A stretch of DNA of 48,604 nt, taken from Octopus bimaculoides (Eukaryota). Positions 22,772 through 37,200 of this stretch are shown here, piece by piece. Under the pieces are notes generated by a model that saw nothing but the letters and a program-made list of their open reading frames with translations, ran no database searches and had not been told where the DNA came from. Location of the stretch: assembly GCF_001194135.2 (NCBI RefSeq), contig NC_068999.1:6155853-6204456 (forward strand). Direction: 5' to 3'. Both the position numbers and the translations under genes were made by a program. How positions within the stretch are numbered: position 1 is the stretch's first letter; each line of letters starts with the position of its first letter.

Positions 22772-24031
22772 ATGTACATATGTGCGTGTGCATGTGTGTG
22801 TATGCACGAATTTATGAACATATATCATGCTTCGCTATCCTCTACTCTCATTTTCTGTTCTGTTACCATAAACGACACATAACGGATCAAATATGTATAA
22901 TCTGATTGAATGTTAGACGGCCATCATATGTTCAAATCAAAGAGCAATCAATACGTTATATATATGATTATATATATATATATATATNNNNNNNNNNNNN
23001 NNNNNNNNNNNNNNNNNNNNNNNNNNNNNNNNNNNNNNNNNNNNNNNNNNNNNNNNNNNNNNNNNNNNNNNNNNNNNNNNNNNNNNNNNNNNNNNNNNNN
23101 NNNNNNNNNNNNNNNNNNNNNNNNNNNNNNNNNNNNNNNNNNNNNNNNNNNNNNNNNNNNNNNNNNNNNNNNNNNNNNNNNNNNNNNNNNNNNNNNNNNN
23201 NNNNNNNNNNNNNNNNNNNNNNNNNNNNNNNNNNNNNNNNNNNNNNNNNNNNNNNNNNNNNNNNNNNNNNNNNNNNNNNNNNNNNNNNNNNNNNNNNNNN
23301 NNNNNNNNNNNNNNNNNNNNNNNNNNNTATATATATATATATATATATATATGCGTGCGTGTCTGCGTGTTTGTGTGTATTTATGTGTGTGTGTGTGTGT
23401 GTTTCAATATTGAATGTAAACAAATAAACTTAGCAGAATAAACTTAGCAGAAATAATTCAGAAAGATAAGCAAATAAGAAATATATAAAGGAATTGTAAT
23501 AAATTTCCCCATAAATATTAAGATGAGAACTACATAACAGCAAATACGCAAATCACATGTGTACAAAATATATGGTACGTATACGCATATACGTACGTGT
23601 ATGTCTGTGTATGTGTGTTTGTGTCTGTGTGTTCGTGTGCCTTTATGAGTGTGTCTGCATGTGTGTGAATGAGTGTGTGTGTGCCCGTGTTTGTGTGTGT
23701 GTGTGTGTGTGTGCGTGGAGTACAATAAACTTTCTCAAAAATATTTGGTCGATAACGAAATATATATGTCTGTACGTGTGTACACATACATACATAAATG
23801 CATATATATATACATACTTGCATACATACATACATGCATACATACATACATACATACATACATACATACATACATACATACTTACACACCTGTCTGTGTG
23901 TGTATGTATGTATGTATTTGAATTCTGAAAAAACTTTCTCATAAATATTTAGCATTCAACTGAATGATATATNNNNNNNNNNNNNNNNNNNNNNNNNNNN
24001 NNNNNNNNNNNNNNNNNNNNNNNNNNNNNNN

Positions 24032-24084
<53 letters not shown>

Positions 24085-24203
24085 ATATGTATGTATGCAT
24101 ATATGTACGTATGCGTGTCTGTATAAATGGAGAGACAGAGAGAGGAAGAGAAATGTGCATATATATGTATGCGTACATTCATACATATATATGTGTGTGT
24201 GTA

Positions 24204-24245
<42 letters not shown>

Positions 24246-24562
24246 GTATACAGACATATGTATATATACATATATACGCATATACATACATACATATGTA
24301 CATATATATAAACTTATACATAAATACTAGATCATAATGCAAATGAATTCATTGATGATATAAAAACGATCGTCATTGTTTATGCAATAAAATGGCTGAC
24401 TTTTGATTCCTTCATTCACTTGACTTATCGTGTCGTTCCTCAATTATTTCCGATTCTTTAATCCGTAATTCGTTTATTCAGTCATTCGTTAGATATTGTT
24501 AAGGAATTACCTTCAACGTTTTAAATTTATAAACAAGGAAGAATACCAAAGACGACCAAACA

Positions 24563-24614
24563 ATGAAGAAGAATAAGAAACATGATGACGATGAATAAGA
24601 AGAAGAGTAGTTTA

Positions 24615-24677
<63 letters not shown>

Positions 24678-24928
24678 AAAATTTAGAAGAAGAAGAAGAA
24701 GAAGAAGAAGAAGAAAAAGAAGAAGGAGGAGGAGGAGAAGAAGAATAAGAATAAGAAGGAGGAGGAGGAGGAGGAGAAGAAGAAGAAGAAGAAGAAGAAG
24801 AAAAGGAAGAAGAAGAAGAAGAAGAACAACAACAACAACAACAACTACAACAGGAATTAGAAAAAGATGAAGACGAAGGAAAAGGGGAAAGAGAAGATGA
24901 AGAGGAGTGTTTTTGTTGGTGCTGGTCG

Positions 24929-24967
<39 letters not shown>
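24563..24967. repeat. Compound trinucleotide microsatellite cluster (AGT, AGA, GGA, ACA, GAT)
   Basis: Read directly. Confidence 0.9.
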
Positions 24968-24968
<1 letters not shown>

Positions 24969-25883
24969 AGTTTTGAATAATTATAATGAAATGAATGTTA
25001 CCGAACGGTGAATCAAAATGAGAGATAAAGTTAAAAAGAAATGTCTTTAAATAAACATAAACATAAAATAAAACGAAAATATTCGAACATATTCTTTAAA
25101 ACTGTTTAAGAATTCCAAAGAAACCAGAAAAGAAACCAAAATTACGCAAATACTTTTGTTTTCTAGGCATTTTTGTATATTTGTATAAAGTCAAACGGAA
25201 TCATTTATTCAAAAGAAACCATTCATATATGATATTTGTAACGAAAAAATTGGGAAAGAAAGGAAAACAAATCTTTTGTCTTTATTCTACAAAAGTTTTC
25301 TAAGTTTTATATGGGATGTGTTACAGTCATGCCTTTCCCACGATCTCTAGTTACGTAAATGTATTAGAAGTGCCACGGCATTCATTATAACTCTATATTG
25401 TAATCTCGATCTCTGTCTTTGCCTGCTGGGAGCTCAAATTTGTTTTTTATTTGCGACGATAAATAACAAACAAGATAAATAATACAAGAAATTATTTTCT
25501 TTCTCTTGCAGTAAGCTACGTAAGAAGTATTGCGTAGGAATTGCTTCCTGCATCGTTCTCTGTCCAAAGAAGAAAGCGTTGAGAAAGGCGTGGGTAAGCA
25601 AACTCCTGTCAAAGAAAAACTGATTTGCGACAGGAAACGAAGAAGGACAGAGATGCAGTAAATCTTAGGATAAAAATAAGGAAATAATTTTCTTTAAACT
25701 AGGAAAAGGTTGATTGTGACTTCGAAGTTTCGCCTTACTTGCCTTCACCAGACAAAGACGAGAAAACTAAAACTTCAAAGTCTCTGTAGGACTTTTTCTG
25801 TATAAAATTCAGTTCAGTGCTATATTGAAATAAATTGTGTAACACTTCAGTAAAACGTTAAATAGATTTTATTTATATAATAG

Positions 25884-26274
25884 TGGAGGCGCAATGGCCC
25901 AGTGATTAGTACAGCGGACTCGCGGTCGTGGGATCGCGGTTTCAATTCCCAGACCTCGATTCCCAGACCGGGCGTTGTGAGTGTTTATTGAGCGAAGACA
26001 CCTAAAGCACCACGAGGCTCCGGCAGGGGATGGTGGTGAACCCTGCTGTGCTCTTTCACCACAACTTTTTCCCACTCTTTCTTCCTGTTTCTGTTGTACC
26101 TGCATTTCAAAGGGCCAGCCTTGTCACACTGTGTCACGCTGAATATCCCCGAGAACTACGTTATGGGTACACGTGTCTGTGGAGTGCTCAGCCACTTGCA
26201 CGTTAATTTCATGAGCAGGCCGTTCCGTTGATCGGATCAACTGGAACCCTCGTCGTCGTAACCGATGGAGGGCC
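25884..26274 (+). mobile_element. tRNA-derived SINE, family B (full length; 14-nt internal duplication at about 25943-25970)
   Basis: Matches 21774-22151 along its length. attcccagacc occurs twice. Confidence 0.88.
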
Positions 26275-27155
26275 ACAAATATATATATATGTATGTATAT
26301 GTGGGAGGGTGTTTGAGCGTGTGTTTGAATGTAGGTCTTTGTGTTTGGCATCCCAGCGCTTGTTTTTGTCACCGTAATGTGGAGGTTTGGCAAACAAAGA
26401 CTAATAGCATAAATTAGCAGGCTTTAAAATTATAATGGGTGGTTGGGGGTGATTTGTTCGATGTAACCCTTCAAGGTTGGCTTACATCGCATGGGTTCAG
26501 CCGAACGAATGAAGCAAAGCGAAAGATAAACGGAAAAATTAATACACAGTTGACAAGTCATAACGAGGCTCTTTTTTTAGATTCTAACCTTGTCTAAGAC
26601 AGCCACATATTTTCTGGGAGAAGTGTAGTTTATCGAACGCTATTGGTATTTTGGTTGTTCGAGTACGAAAGAATATAAGCCAAAGTTGATTTCAAAGAAG
26701 TCTAAACTAAGCGAGGACAGAACAATTATTGTTGTCCTAAGGCGTCTCGTCTGATAATCTAACGATTCCGCCATTTTAGAAACTGAGAAATACATAAATA
26801 TATTAAAAATATATAAACGTGGAGGAAAATTATCTAAATACATAGACAGTAAAACAAATAAATAAATAGATAAATAAATAAATAAATAAATAAATATATA
26901 GACAGATAAATAGATAAGTAGAGAGAAATCATAAAAGAAACAAGAACTAATATGAAGTTTCAAGTTATAGATGAACACGAAGTGAACGCCATTTCTTTAA
27001 TTCCCACAGGGAAATCTTTCAAAAACTGAGGTACAATTGATACAATATAGACTATTGGTCGATTAGTTTTATCTCTAAACTTCTGATGAAAAATCTGCTG
27101 TTTTTAATTCTTCTTCATTTGATGTTGTTCTCGTTGATTTTGTTGTTTGTTTCTC

Positions 27156-27186
<31 letters not shown>

Positions 27187-27333
27187 TAGTTTTCCATCAA
27201 TGGAAAACTGTATATTTGTTACAAAGTTTTCTCTAGATTTTTCGTTCTTAGTTAAAGGTAGAGACATTATCATCATAGAAATTTCTTCTCTCTTGTACCC
27301 TGTGTACATACATATATACGTATAACATGTATA

Positions 27334-27389
<56 letters not shown>

Positions 27390-27556
27390 CTCTGTGTGTG
27401 TGTATGTGTGTGTGTGTGTCTGTGTGTGTGTGTTTATGTATGTGTGTGTATAAATATTTCAATTATATATATAAATATACATATATTATACATGATATGT
27501 ATATATATGCATGTACATATGTACATATATATGTCAAAATTTGAAACCGATAGCAT

Positions 27557-27777
27557 AAGACGACGAGCTGGCAGAACCGTTAACACCCCGGACAAAACGC
27601 TTTGTGGTATTTCGTCCGTCTCCAGGTTCTGAGTTCAAATTCCGCCTAGGACGACTTTGCTTTCATCCATTCGAGGTCGATAAAATAAAGACCAATTCTG
27701 TACAGGACTACATGTATTTATTTGACTTGCCCCATCCCTCAATCTTGCTGGCCTTGTGCCGCCAAAACTCGAAACCG
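27557..27777 (+). mobile_element. SINE-like repeat, family C
   Basis: gagctggcagaaccgtt...ggacaaaa...gttctgagttcaaattccgcc...gactttgc...ggccttgtgcc. Confidence 0.8.
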
Positions 27778-28829
27778 ATATAAATCAATAGCAATTCTGA
27801 CATATTACCATTTCCTTTATTCTTTAGACTTAAAGAAATATTTACTAGAGCTTTTGATGTGGATTCAATCGATAGATCCGAATCTTCTAGAATTATCCAT
27901 AATATCATGGCGAACATCAATGGAAAATCACAGCTTCCTGTTTCATTTTGTTTGTTGTTTCTTCGCTCATAAGACATGTCATATCCTAGCAACTATTATT
28001 TATTTATGATTTGTCATTAGGACTTGATACTCTGGCTTCAGTGCATCCGTTTAAATCGAACATCATTGTTATTAATCCAGCAAAGATTATATTTAAATCT
28101 AACTCAATGATACCCAAATCACGCTAAAATCTTCAACTGATCCAAAGCAAATACAAAACTGTCAAGCGTTTCCCAACAAGGAAATTGTAAATGTGAGCAG
28201 ATAGGCTTACTAGGAATAACAGCTAAATGTCCAACAAATAACGCCCTGCTAGTTCAGAAGCAAGAAAGGCTACATTGGTTAATATACTTCTAGAACTGGG
28301 TGGGGTCAGCAGTCTTACATTATTGACCCCATCTAAAATATAAGTAAAAAGGATAAATTAAAAATTAATAATTTTGATTTTAAAACGATGATTCCTCGTT
28401 TCTTTTGTGATATGACCACTTTTAATGAGAAATATTTGGAGAAATTTAATGGATATACTTAACGAAATTTATAAAGAACCATGAAAAATTCAGTTCCATT
28501 ATATTGATACAAGGGGTATATTGGATGTGTATGTATCGAATGGTTGGGTTGCCATCGTCGATACACACGGAGATCCATTCGTCTTTTATTTCCTGCGTAT
28601 TAATCCGTGGACTCTCCGTCGTTTCTTTATTTTGGATGTTTTGGATGTTTTGGATGTTTCGGTGAATGCACTTGTGCATATGTGTCTATGGGTGTGTATA
28701 TGTCTGTACTATATATGTTTGGAAGAGAGATAGGGAGTGTGTGTCTGTGTGTGTGTGTGTGTATGCGTGCTTGTGTGTAGCTGTGTGTGTGTGCGTGTGT
28801 GTTAACTAAGATTATTCAAATGATGCAAT

Positions 28830-29044
28830 TCGTTTTTATCAACATCTTTGTTATGATAACGATGGTGATGATAATGATAATGAAGATGATGGCGATGATG
28901 ATGATGAGGACGATGGTGACGGTAGAAGGGATTATAATGATGATGATGATGACAACGACGACGACGGTGACGTTGATGGTGAAGACTATGATTATATCGA
29001 TGGTGGTGTTGGAGGCGGTTCCCGCGATTTTGGAGCTGTTGGTA

Positions 29045-29086
<42 letters not shown>

Positions 29087-29534
29087 GTGGTGGTGGTGGT
29101 GGTGGTGTGGTGTGCTGCTGATGTTGATGGTAGTCATGAGTATGTATACGATGACGATGGTGATGAAGATGAGGATGATGAAGGAGAAGTGGAAGAGGGG
29201 AAGAAGCAAGGAACTCTTCATGGAAACATAATGGAAATGTTGGGGGAAAGATGCTGGAAGATGCTGAAGATGCTGAAGATGCTGAAGATGCTGAAGATGA
29301 TGAAGATAATTAAAGGATTAGTGTGATCCTGCTGCAGAAGGCTACGGAGGCGACGACGAAGACGATGAGGTTGTACGGGGGGTGGGATGGAGGGGTGAGG
29401 GGTGATAATGGTAAATTTGATGGCGGCGGCGGCGGCGGTGGTGGTGGTTGTGTTGGTTGTAGCGGCGGTGGTGACCAAAGCGGGGATACGAATATATTCC
29501 TTTTGTTACAGAGGATGATAACGACGATGACGAC

Positions 29535-29567
<33 letters not shown>

Positions 29568-29652
29568 AGTAACAGCAACGAAGACTTACCACTGCCAACA
29601 GCGCAACCACCACCACCACCACCACCACCACGGCATCAACGACGAGGACGAC

Positions 29653-29687
<35 letters not shown>

Positions 29688-29720
29688 CAGTGATGATGGT
29701 TATTATGTTGAGGATAATTG
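28830..29720. repeat. Compound trinucleotide/GC-rich microsatellite region (GAT, GGC, GGT, CAC, 9-mer GATGCTGAA)
   Basis: Read directly. Several frames give only homopolymer peptides. Confidence 0.85.
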
Positions 29721-29933
29721 TCGTAGTTAATGACGTAATATCGCCATTGGCATGCATAACGACGAATGATCTGACCGCGAAAGATCGGTTTTTGACATGT
29801 CTTTTCTTGAAATGCTAATGGCTAATTAATTATTCAAAAGCTGTTAATTGCTAATGGGGTCATCTGCGATCTCAGCCACGTTTGTATGCAACGAAGAAAT
29901 GCATGGAATAATTGATATACATANNNNNNNNNN

Positions 29934-29974
<41 letters not shown>

Positions 29975-30667
29975 TCTTTTAAACGAATATGACCACGAGT
30001 GATTAGATAAAGTGTGTCAGAGTTAGACAGTCAGAAATGGCTGAGCGAATATTGTAGTGAAGCATGGCGCTGCTTATTATTTAGAATAACTCATACGATT
30101 AGCGCCGAGAAAGGTCAGAGACAAACAAGAGCAGGACAGCCTGTTCTTCGCAGAAGTGAATTTTGCTTTTAAAAAAGAAAAAAACTATTAAAAATATTTC
30201 GAGTCGTACGTGGCACTGAAGAATCATGTCGACTACGGAGGAGAACCACTGTAGATTCCACAAGAGCAGAAACAACAATAATATTAACAATAACAACAAA
30301 ACTAACAAAATTAATATATAAATTTAAAATGGCCGTCTCATTTTTCTTATAATTTCCAAACCGGGTATGAGAGTTGGATGCGAAAAGTTAAGCTGCTCGC
30401 AGACAAACAATTCGAAATACGAATTGGAAATGTTTGGAAGGATTAGGATTCTAATATGTTAACCATTTGGCTTTTGGTCTGGTCTATCTGTGTCCAGGCA
30501 ATTAGATAACCAGAGTATTTTGATAGCTATCGGGGCAAACACTGCAACGTCGCAACAAAATTAAATACTGTAGTATTACAATGTGTGTACGTGTGTCTGT
30601 ATAAGAGAGAGTGTGTGTGTGTGTGTGTGTGAAAGTGTGTGTGTGTGAGTGTGAGTGACTGTGAATG

Positions 30668-30765
<98 letters not shown>

Positions 30766-31027
30766 GAAAGAGAGAAAGAGGGGGAAGAGAGAGGGAGTTA
30801 GGTAGACACTGTCGTAAATATTAAATATGATACATATATATGTTCATATTTACTCAATTACATGTATACATAAACACAATAGGCACACAAACACATACAT
30901 ACATACATACATACAAAATGGCATGAACGCCCCCAGGGATGGCCTTCCATCAGCATTATGTCAGATAACTGGCTGGGACCATTAAAAAGTTAAGAGAACG
31001 CATACAAACACATAGGGAATACATACA

Positions 31028-31065
<38 letters not shown>

Positions 31066-31418
31066 TAGACGCACTGGTCAAAACATAGGCACACACATAT
31101 ACAAGCTTGTGTGTTTAGGCTTGTGTATATTTGCATATAGACGCGTAATTATAATCAAATGTAATATTTGAGTAGAAATATCTTTGCTGCCATATTTCTG
31201 TATATATAAGATTAAATAGAAACGAAAATAATAATAAAAAAATACCAGATGATCCTAATATTTCAACGATATTAAAATGGCCGACATTATAGACACAAAT
31301 ACAATCGGTCATGACTCTATAAAATGTTTTTATTATGTTTTCCTCATGGAGGCTAATGACATGCTAAGGGCGACGCAAATGTAGAATCGTAAACACGCCG
31401 AGTCAGATGCGATGCAAA

Positions 31419-31490
<72 letters not shown>

Positions 31491-31987
31491 TTACTTTCTG
31501 ACTTCAAATGTCAACGAGTTTAATTACGCCTTCGTTTTTTGATGATCGATGTAATAAATAATCAGTCCCGTACTAGAGTCGATTCGATCTGCAGCAGGGA
31601 TATGTACCACAGTTGAATGTGGGGGTAACATGGCAGATTAAGTGGAGCCCCTGATCTGTACCTTAATATTGGTACCCTATGATGTGTGAAGTGACTCTGT
31701 TTTAGACTACATCGCCATTGTACCTACATCATCGCCCTGGATTATTGAAAAACTCAACAGAATCACACACAAAGACACACATACACAAACACACTCACTC
31801 ACACACACACACAAACACACAGACATACACACACATCCTCGTACGCACTCACATTTTCTTATTCATTCACACATACATCTGTCTTCGTTTCGGTTTTAAC
31901 ACCTCTCTTCATATGTAGTCATGAATATTGTATATTGACCGAAAAAGTCTGACCGCGAATACAGGTGGTCAAAACCGTGTTCATCCG

Positions 31988-32400
31988 AAGGCACAAGGCC
32001 CCAAATTTTGGGGTAAGGGGGCAGTCAATTAAATCGGCCCCAGTACGCAATTGGTACTTAATTTATCGACCCCGAGAGGATGAAAGGACATCGGCGGATT
32101 TTTAACTCAGACCGTAAAGACAGACGTACGACTGCTGAGCATTTCGCTCGGAGTACTAACGTTTCTGCAAGCTCTCTGTCTTTATATTCTTTTCTACTTT
32201 AGGCACAAGGCTCGACATTTTGCGGGAGGGAACCCGTCGATCAGATCGACCCCAGTACGCAACTGGTACATAATTTATCGAACCCCGAGGGGTGAAAGAC
32301 AAAGTCGACCTCGGTGAAGCTTGAACTAAGAACGTTAAGACGGACGAAACACCGCTAAGCATTTCGCCTGGCGTGCTAACGTTTCTGTCAGCTCGCCGAC
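31988..32400 (-). mobile_element. Two tandem family C SINE-like copies (about 31988-32175 and 32195-32400)
   Basis: Each is the reverse complement of the 1197/1434 element (ggcacaaggc...ccccagtacgca..ggtac...aagcatttcgc...aacgtttctg). Confidence 0.8.
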
Positions 32401-32753
32401 TTCATGAGAGAAAACTGTAGCTGGTATTTCCTTACGCACAACGTCTACAGAAGACATTTCTTCATCCAGACAAAATCTCGCCATCCCTTTCATACAGTAG
32501 CGTACCAAAAATAATACGCCCATATTTATAGTGACTCTCGGGCTGCTTCAGATGCATTTACGAAAATAAATCCAATTTGGCAAGCTTTGGAAGAGACTAG
32601 CAACTATGTCAGCTTAGCCCACGGCAAAAGAGCAATTATATCGAAACACCGTCTCTTTAGAATAATGACGTCTTTTGTAACTCATTGAAACGTAATTCGG
32701 CAGCGAATGCTTATCAACTAATGAGCAAGAGCGCTTTAAAAACATGTAATTAA

Positions 32754-32792
<39 letters not shown>

Positions 32793-33049
32793 TAGACACA
32801 CACACACATACTCGCATTCTCAAACTCGTTCTCAGACATAAGCATAACATTTGTTGTCTTAATATTTGTAGCAACCATTTTTTTCCCGCTGTCACATCAA
32901 TTCGCATTCATTAACTGTATAAATTATACTAATTGAGTATTTAATTAGTCACAAACGTAAGTTTATTAAATGAGAGTTTTGGAAAGTAACAGATTATCAG
33001 GCGAGGAATAGAGCAACACATAGAGACGTACACATGCAAAATATACATA

Positions 33050-33147
<98 letters not shown>

Positions 33148-34190
33148 CATACATATACATATATACATATACATATATATACATATACATATATATATAC
33201 ATACATGCACACACATATGTATATGTATTCTTATGATGACGATGTTTGTCAAATGACATCAAATATTGTCCCTATTATTTAATAAACATACAGATGTAGT
33301 AATTGAAAGCTTCATTAAATTTAATTCCTATAATTAACGTTAATTTGCTGATAAAGTGAGAAACTGACGCTTTTAATGTTAAACCGTCACACTGGTTATA
33401 TAATTAAAAATGACGCTGGTTAAGTGATTACTTCTAAGCCAAGACAGGATGCAATTATTGTACGATAGAATATGTTAATATCGCATCCATGTATATATGT
33501 ATATATATATATATATATATATNNNNNNNNNNNNNNNNNNNNNNNNNNNNNNNNNNNNNNNNNNNNNNNNNNNNNNNNNNNNNNNNNNNNNNNNNNNNNN
33601 NNNNNNNNNNNNNNNNNNNNNNNNNNNNNNNNNNNNNNNNNNNNNNNNNNNNNNNNNNNNNNNNNNNNNNNNNNNNNNNNNNNNNNNNNNNNNNNNNNNN
33701 NNNNNNNNNNNNNNNNNNNNNNNNNNNNNNNNNNNNNNNNNNNNNNNNNNNNNNNNNNNNNNNNNNNNNNNNNNNNNNNNNNNNNNNNNNNNNNNNNNNN
33801 NNNNNNNNNNNNNNNNNNNNNNNNNNNNNNNNNNNNNNNNNNNNNNNNNNNNNNNNNNNNNNNNNNNNNNNNNNNNNNNNNNNNNNNNNNNNNNNNNNNN
33901 NNNNNNNNNNNNNNNNNNNNNNNNNNNNNNNNNNNNNNNNNNNNNNNNNNNNNNNNNNNNNNNNNNNNNNNNNNNNNNNNNNNNNNNNNNNNNNNNNNNN
34001 NNNNNNNNNNNNNNNNNNNNNNNNNNNNNNNNNNNNNNNNNNNNNNNNNNNNNNNNNNNNNNNATGCACACACATATATATATATATATATTACACACAC
34101 ATGTACACATACACACACACATGCACACATACACACACACACACACATATATATATGCACACACATGCATACTAACGAATATCTGTGTCT

Positions 34191-34345
34191 GCGTAGTAAA
34201 AAAATATGTATTTCCAAATCACATGGTTCTGTGTTCGATCTCACCACCTGGCACCTTAGGCAACTGTTTTCTACTATAGCCTTGCGCCGACCAATGCCTT
34301 GTAAGAGGGTTTGGTAGACGGAAGCCAAAAGAAGCCCGTCGTATA
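34191..34345 (+). mobile_element. SINE-like repeat, family E (diverged)
   Basis: acatggttc...ggcaccttagg...ctactatagcc...ttggtagacggaa...gaagcccgtcgtata aligns to 9517-9672. Confidence 0.7.
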
Positions 34346-34379
34346 CACCTTGATATATGTATGTTATATTTGTGTGTAA

Positions 34380-34412
<33 letters not shown>

Positions 34413-35589
34413 NNNNNNNNNNNNNNNNNNNNNNNNNNNNNNNNNNNNNNNNNNNNNNNNNNNNNNNNNNNNNNNNNNNNNNNNNNNNNNNNNNNNNNNN
34501 NNNNNNNNNNNNNNNNNNNNNNNNNNNNNNNNNNNNNNNNNNNNNNNNNNNNNNNNNNNNNNNNNNNNNNNNNNNNNNNNNNNNNNNNNNNNNNNNNNNN
34601 NNNNNNNNNNNNNNNNNNNNNNNNNNNNNNNNNNNNNNNNNNNNNNNNNNNNNNNNNNNNNNNNNNNNNNNNNNNNNNNNNNNNNNNNNNNNNNNNNNNN
34701 NNNNNNNNNNNNNNNNNNNNNNNNNNNNNNNNNNNNNNNNNNNNNNNNNNNNNNNNNNNNNNNNNNNNNNNNNNNNNNNNNNNNNNNNNNNNNNNNNNNN
34801 NNNNNNNNNNNNNNNNNNNNNNNNNNNNNNNNNNNNNNNNNNNNNNNNNNNNNNNNNNNNNNNNNNNNNNNNNNNNNNNNNNNNNNNNNNNNNNNNNNNN
34901 NNNNNNNNNNNNNNNNNNNNNNNNNNNNNNNNNNNNNNNNNNNNNNNNNNNNNNNNNNNNTATGCATATTTACATAAATATATGTACATACTTACATCTA
35001 TACGTATATACATATGCATATATGGGCACAGGACGTCACGAAACGTGTACAACAAAAAAATACGAATTGCGAGTACATGGAATATGAACTATTTTCTCGA
35101 ACAACGAAAGACACAAATGGGAAACAAGACAAACAACATAAAGCATGACCCGTCTTCAGTTGTTGGCTCTTTTTCTATTCTCGTATTTCGAGCACGACAC
35201 ATAATGTGTCCGGGTTTTCTAAAATGTATGATCGTGTAACTGATGCAGAAATGTGATAAAGCGGACCTCTGTCCGTACTGACAGTCAAGAGCTGCGTTAA
35301 TGCAACAACGTGAATATGTCACTTAATGGCATTTCCCTGTTACAGTATAAGCATGTAGTGTGTTGACAGTTTGATAGTGTGGCCGTGTGTTCTTATGTCA
35401 CAGTGATATTGTGTCTATGTGCCGATTGCTATGCGAATCTGTCTGTGCGATAGTGTGGTGATAGCGATATCTGTTGTTCTGATGATAGTGATAACGCAAT
35501 GCGATGATATGGTAGCTTGGCTGTGTAATATTATGGTAGTGTGGCTGTAACACCAAGTGGCGTTGTGATGTTGTACTTATATAAACGTA

Positions 35590-35915
35590 GCACTCCGTCG
35601 GTTACGACGACGAGTGTTCTAGTTGATCCGATCAGCAGAACAGCCTGCTCGTGAAATTAACATTTAAGTAGCTGAGCACTCCACGGACACAAGTACTCTT
35701 AACAGTTCTAAAGGATATTCAGCGAGACACTGAATGCGACAAGCCCGACCCTTTGAATTGCAAGTTCTACTCTGAGTTTTACCAGTCGAGTCCACTGGAG
35801 CAACATAAAATGAAGCATCTTGGGCAAGGAAGGACACAGCGCGCCGCGGGGAATCGAACTCATGATCATAAGATCGTGAGTCAAATATGTTAAACACTAA
35901 GCCACGTGATTTCAC
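35590..35915 (-). mobile_element. SINE with a family-A-like head and a family-B-type 3' tail
   Basis: 35590-35760 is the reverse complement of the family B tail (gcactccgtcggttacgacgacgag...gctgagcactccac). 35790-35915 is the reverse complement of an A-type head (tggagcaac...aaatgaag...gaatcgaactc...cactaagccacg). Confidence 0.75.
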
Positions 35916-36641
35916 ACTAGTTATATAAGTGTGTGTGCATGTGACTTTGTGTACGCGTGTCCTTGTTAAACTGAAGAGTTATGATCTTGTGGCAAATTTA
36001 CTGAGTGAATATGACAACTTGCAGCAGACAATATCCCTTAGTTATGTAGGGAGTAAATATAAAGACGAATTATGATAGCGAATTTAATATGACTGGCAAT
36101 CGGTCATGAATATATATCGACGTTATTGCGTTTCGGGTTAGAGACCATAAAAGATCATATAAATTTCTACCCATCGTGAAACATCGATGCAAGTATATAT
36201 TGAAATATAATCAGTGAGATATGAGACACGTATTACGTAGAAATATCTATAGATATTTATTTATGTTATTCTGTGATAAACTAGAATTATGGATAACTAG
36301 GGAATAAAGGATGCATTTTTTCTGAAGAGAAGGCAATAATCTCTGAAACAGGCCTCTAAGTACATTCGAAGTTACTTTTCTGTTTACTCAAGAGAACATT
36401 AGGCTATGTAAACAAGAATGGAGATTTCACAACTAAGAAGCTAAGAAACTTGGAAATAAATAACTACAGTTATTTCTACGTTATGCATGCTTCAGATATT
36501 AAGCTACAAGAAGCGGTCAATATAGGTGGTACAGGCTTAGCAGAGCAAATCGATCCTCAATTTAACTACAAAGTGAGAGACGGGTCTAAGTGTGACATAC
36601 TGACACACAGAAATTAGTTTTCGCATTTATTNNNNNNNNNN

Positions 36642-36848
36642 ATGATGATGATGATGATGATGATGATGATTGATTACGATTACAATGAAGACGAGGATGA
36701 CCACAACGATTATGATGATTATGACGATGATGATGACACACGACGACGACGACGATGATGTTGAATTTAATGACACCCGGCGAACATCATGATGATGATG
36801 ATGATAGTGACATCCGACGAGGACGATGACGGTGATGATGCTGTTGAA

Positions 36849-36883
<35 letters not shown>

Positions 36884-36993
36884 CGATGATGATGATGTTG
36901 ATGATGATGATGATGATGTTGATGATGATGATGATGATGACGATGATGATGATGATGATGACGATGATGATGATGATGATGATAATGATGATG

Positions 36994-37047
<54 letters not shown>

Positions 37048-37048
37048 T

Positions 37049-37083
<35 letters not shown>

Positions 37084-37200
37084 TTGATGATGATGATGAT
37101 GATGACGATGATGATGATGATGATGATAATGATGATGATGATGATGATGATGATGACGACGACAGTTACGACAATGATGTCGATGACGAAGAATAACTGC
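36642..37200. repeat. Long interrupted (GAT)n array
   Basis: Read directly. Interruptions (GTT, GAC, AAT, GGT) keep the 3-nt phase. Confidence 0.9.

Noticed and set aside
24511-24583. Minus-strand MFLILLHCLVVFGILPCL near a G|GTAAT donor as a candidate first exon
   Set aside because: An in-frame TAA precedes the donor, and the internal GT sites are not phase 2.
25349-25797. Minus-strand candidates MNAVALLIHL|GTAAC and a 59-nt AG...|GTAAGG segment (25797-25739)
   Set aside because: The first is phase 1 (phase 2 is needed). The second has no ATG and does not encode a signal-like sequence. A UTR role is untestable here.
26640-26780. AAAATGGCGG Kozak-like start, MAESLDYQTRR... on minus
   Set aside because: The sequence aligns to a decayed family C SINE head (tggcagaatcgttag...actttggctt..attctttcg).
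28787-29757. Overlapping low-complexity ORFs (poly-A/V/H/R/G/D)
   Set aside because: Compound trinucleotide repeats; no domain, no frame preference and no splice signals.
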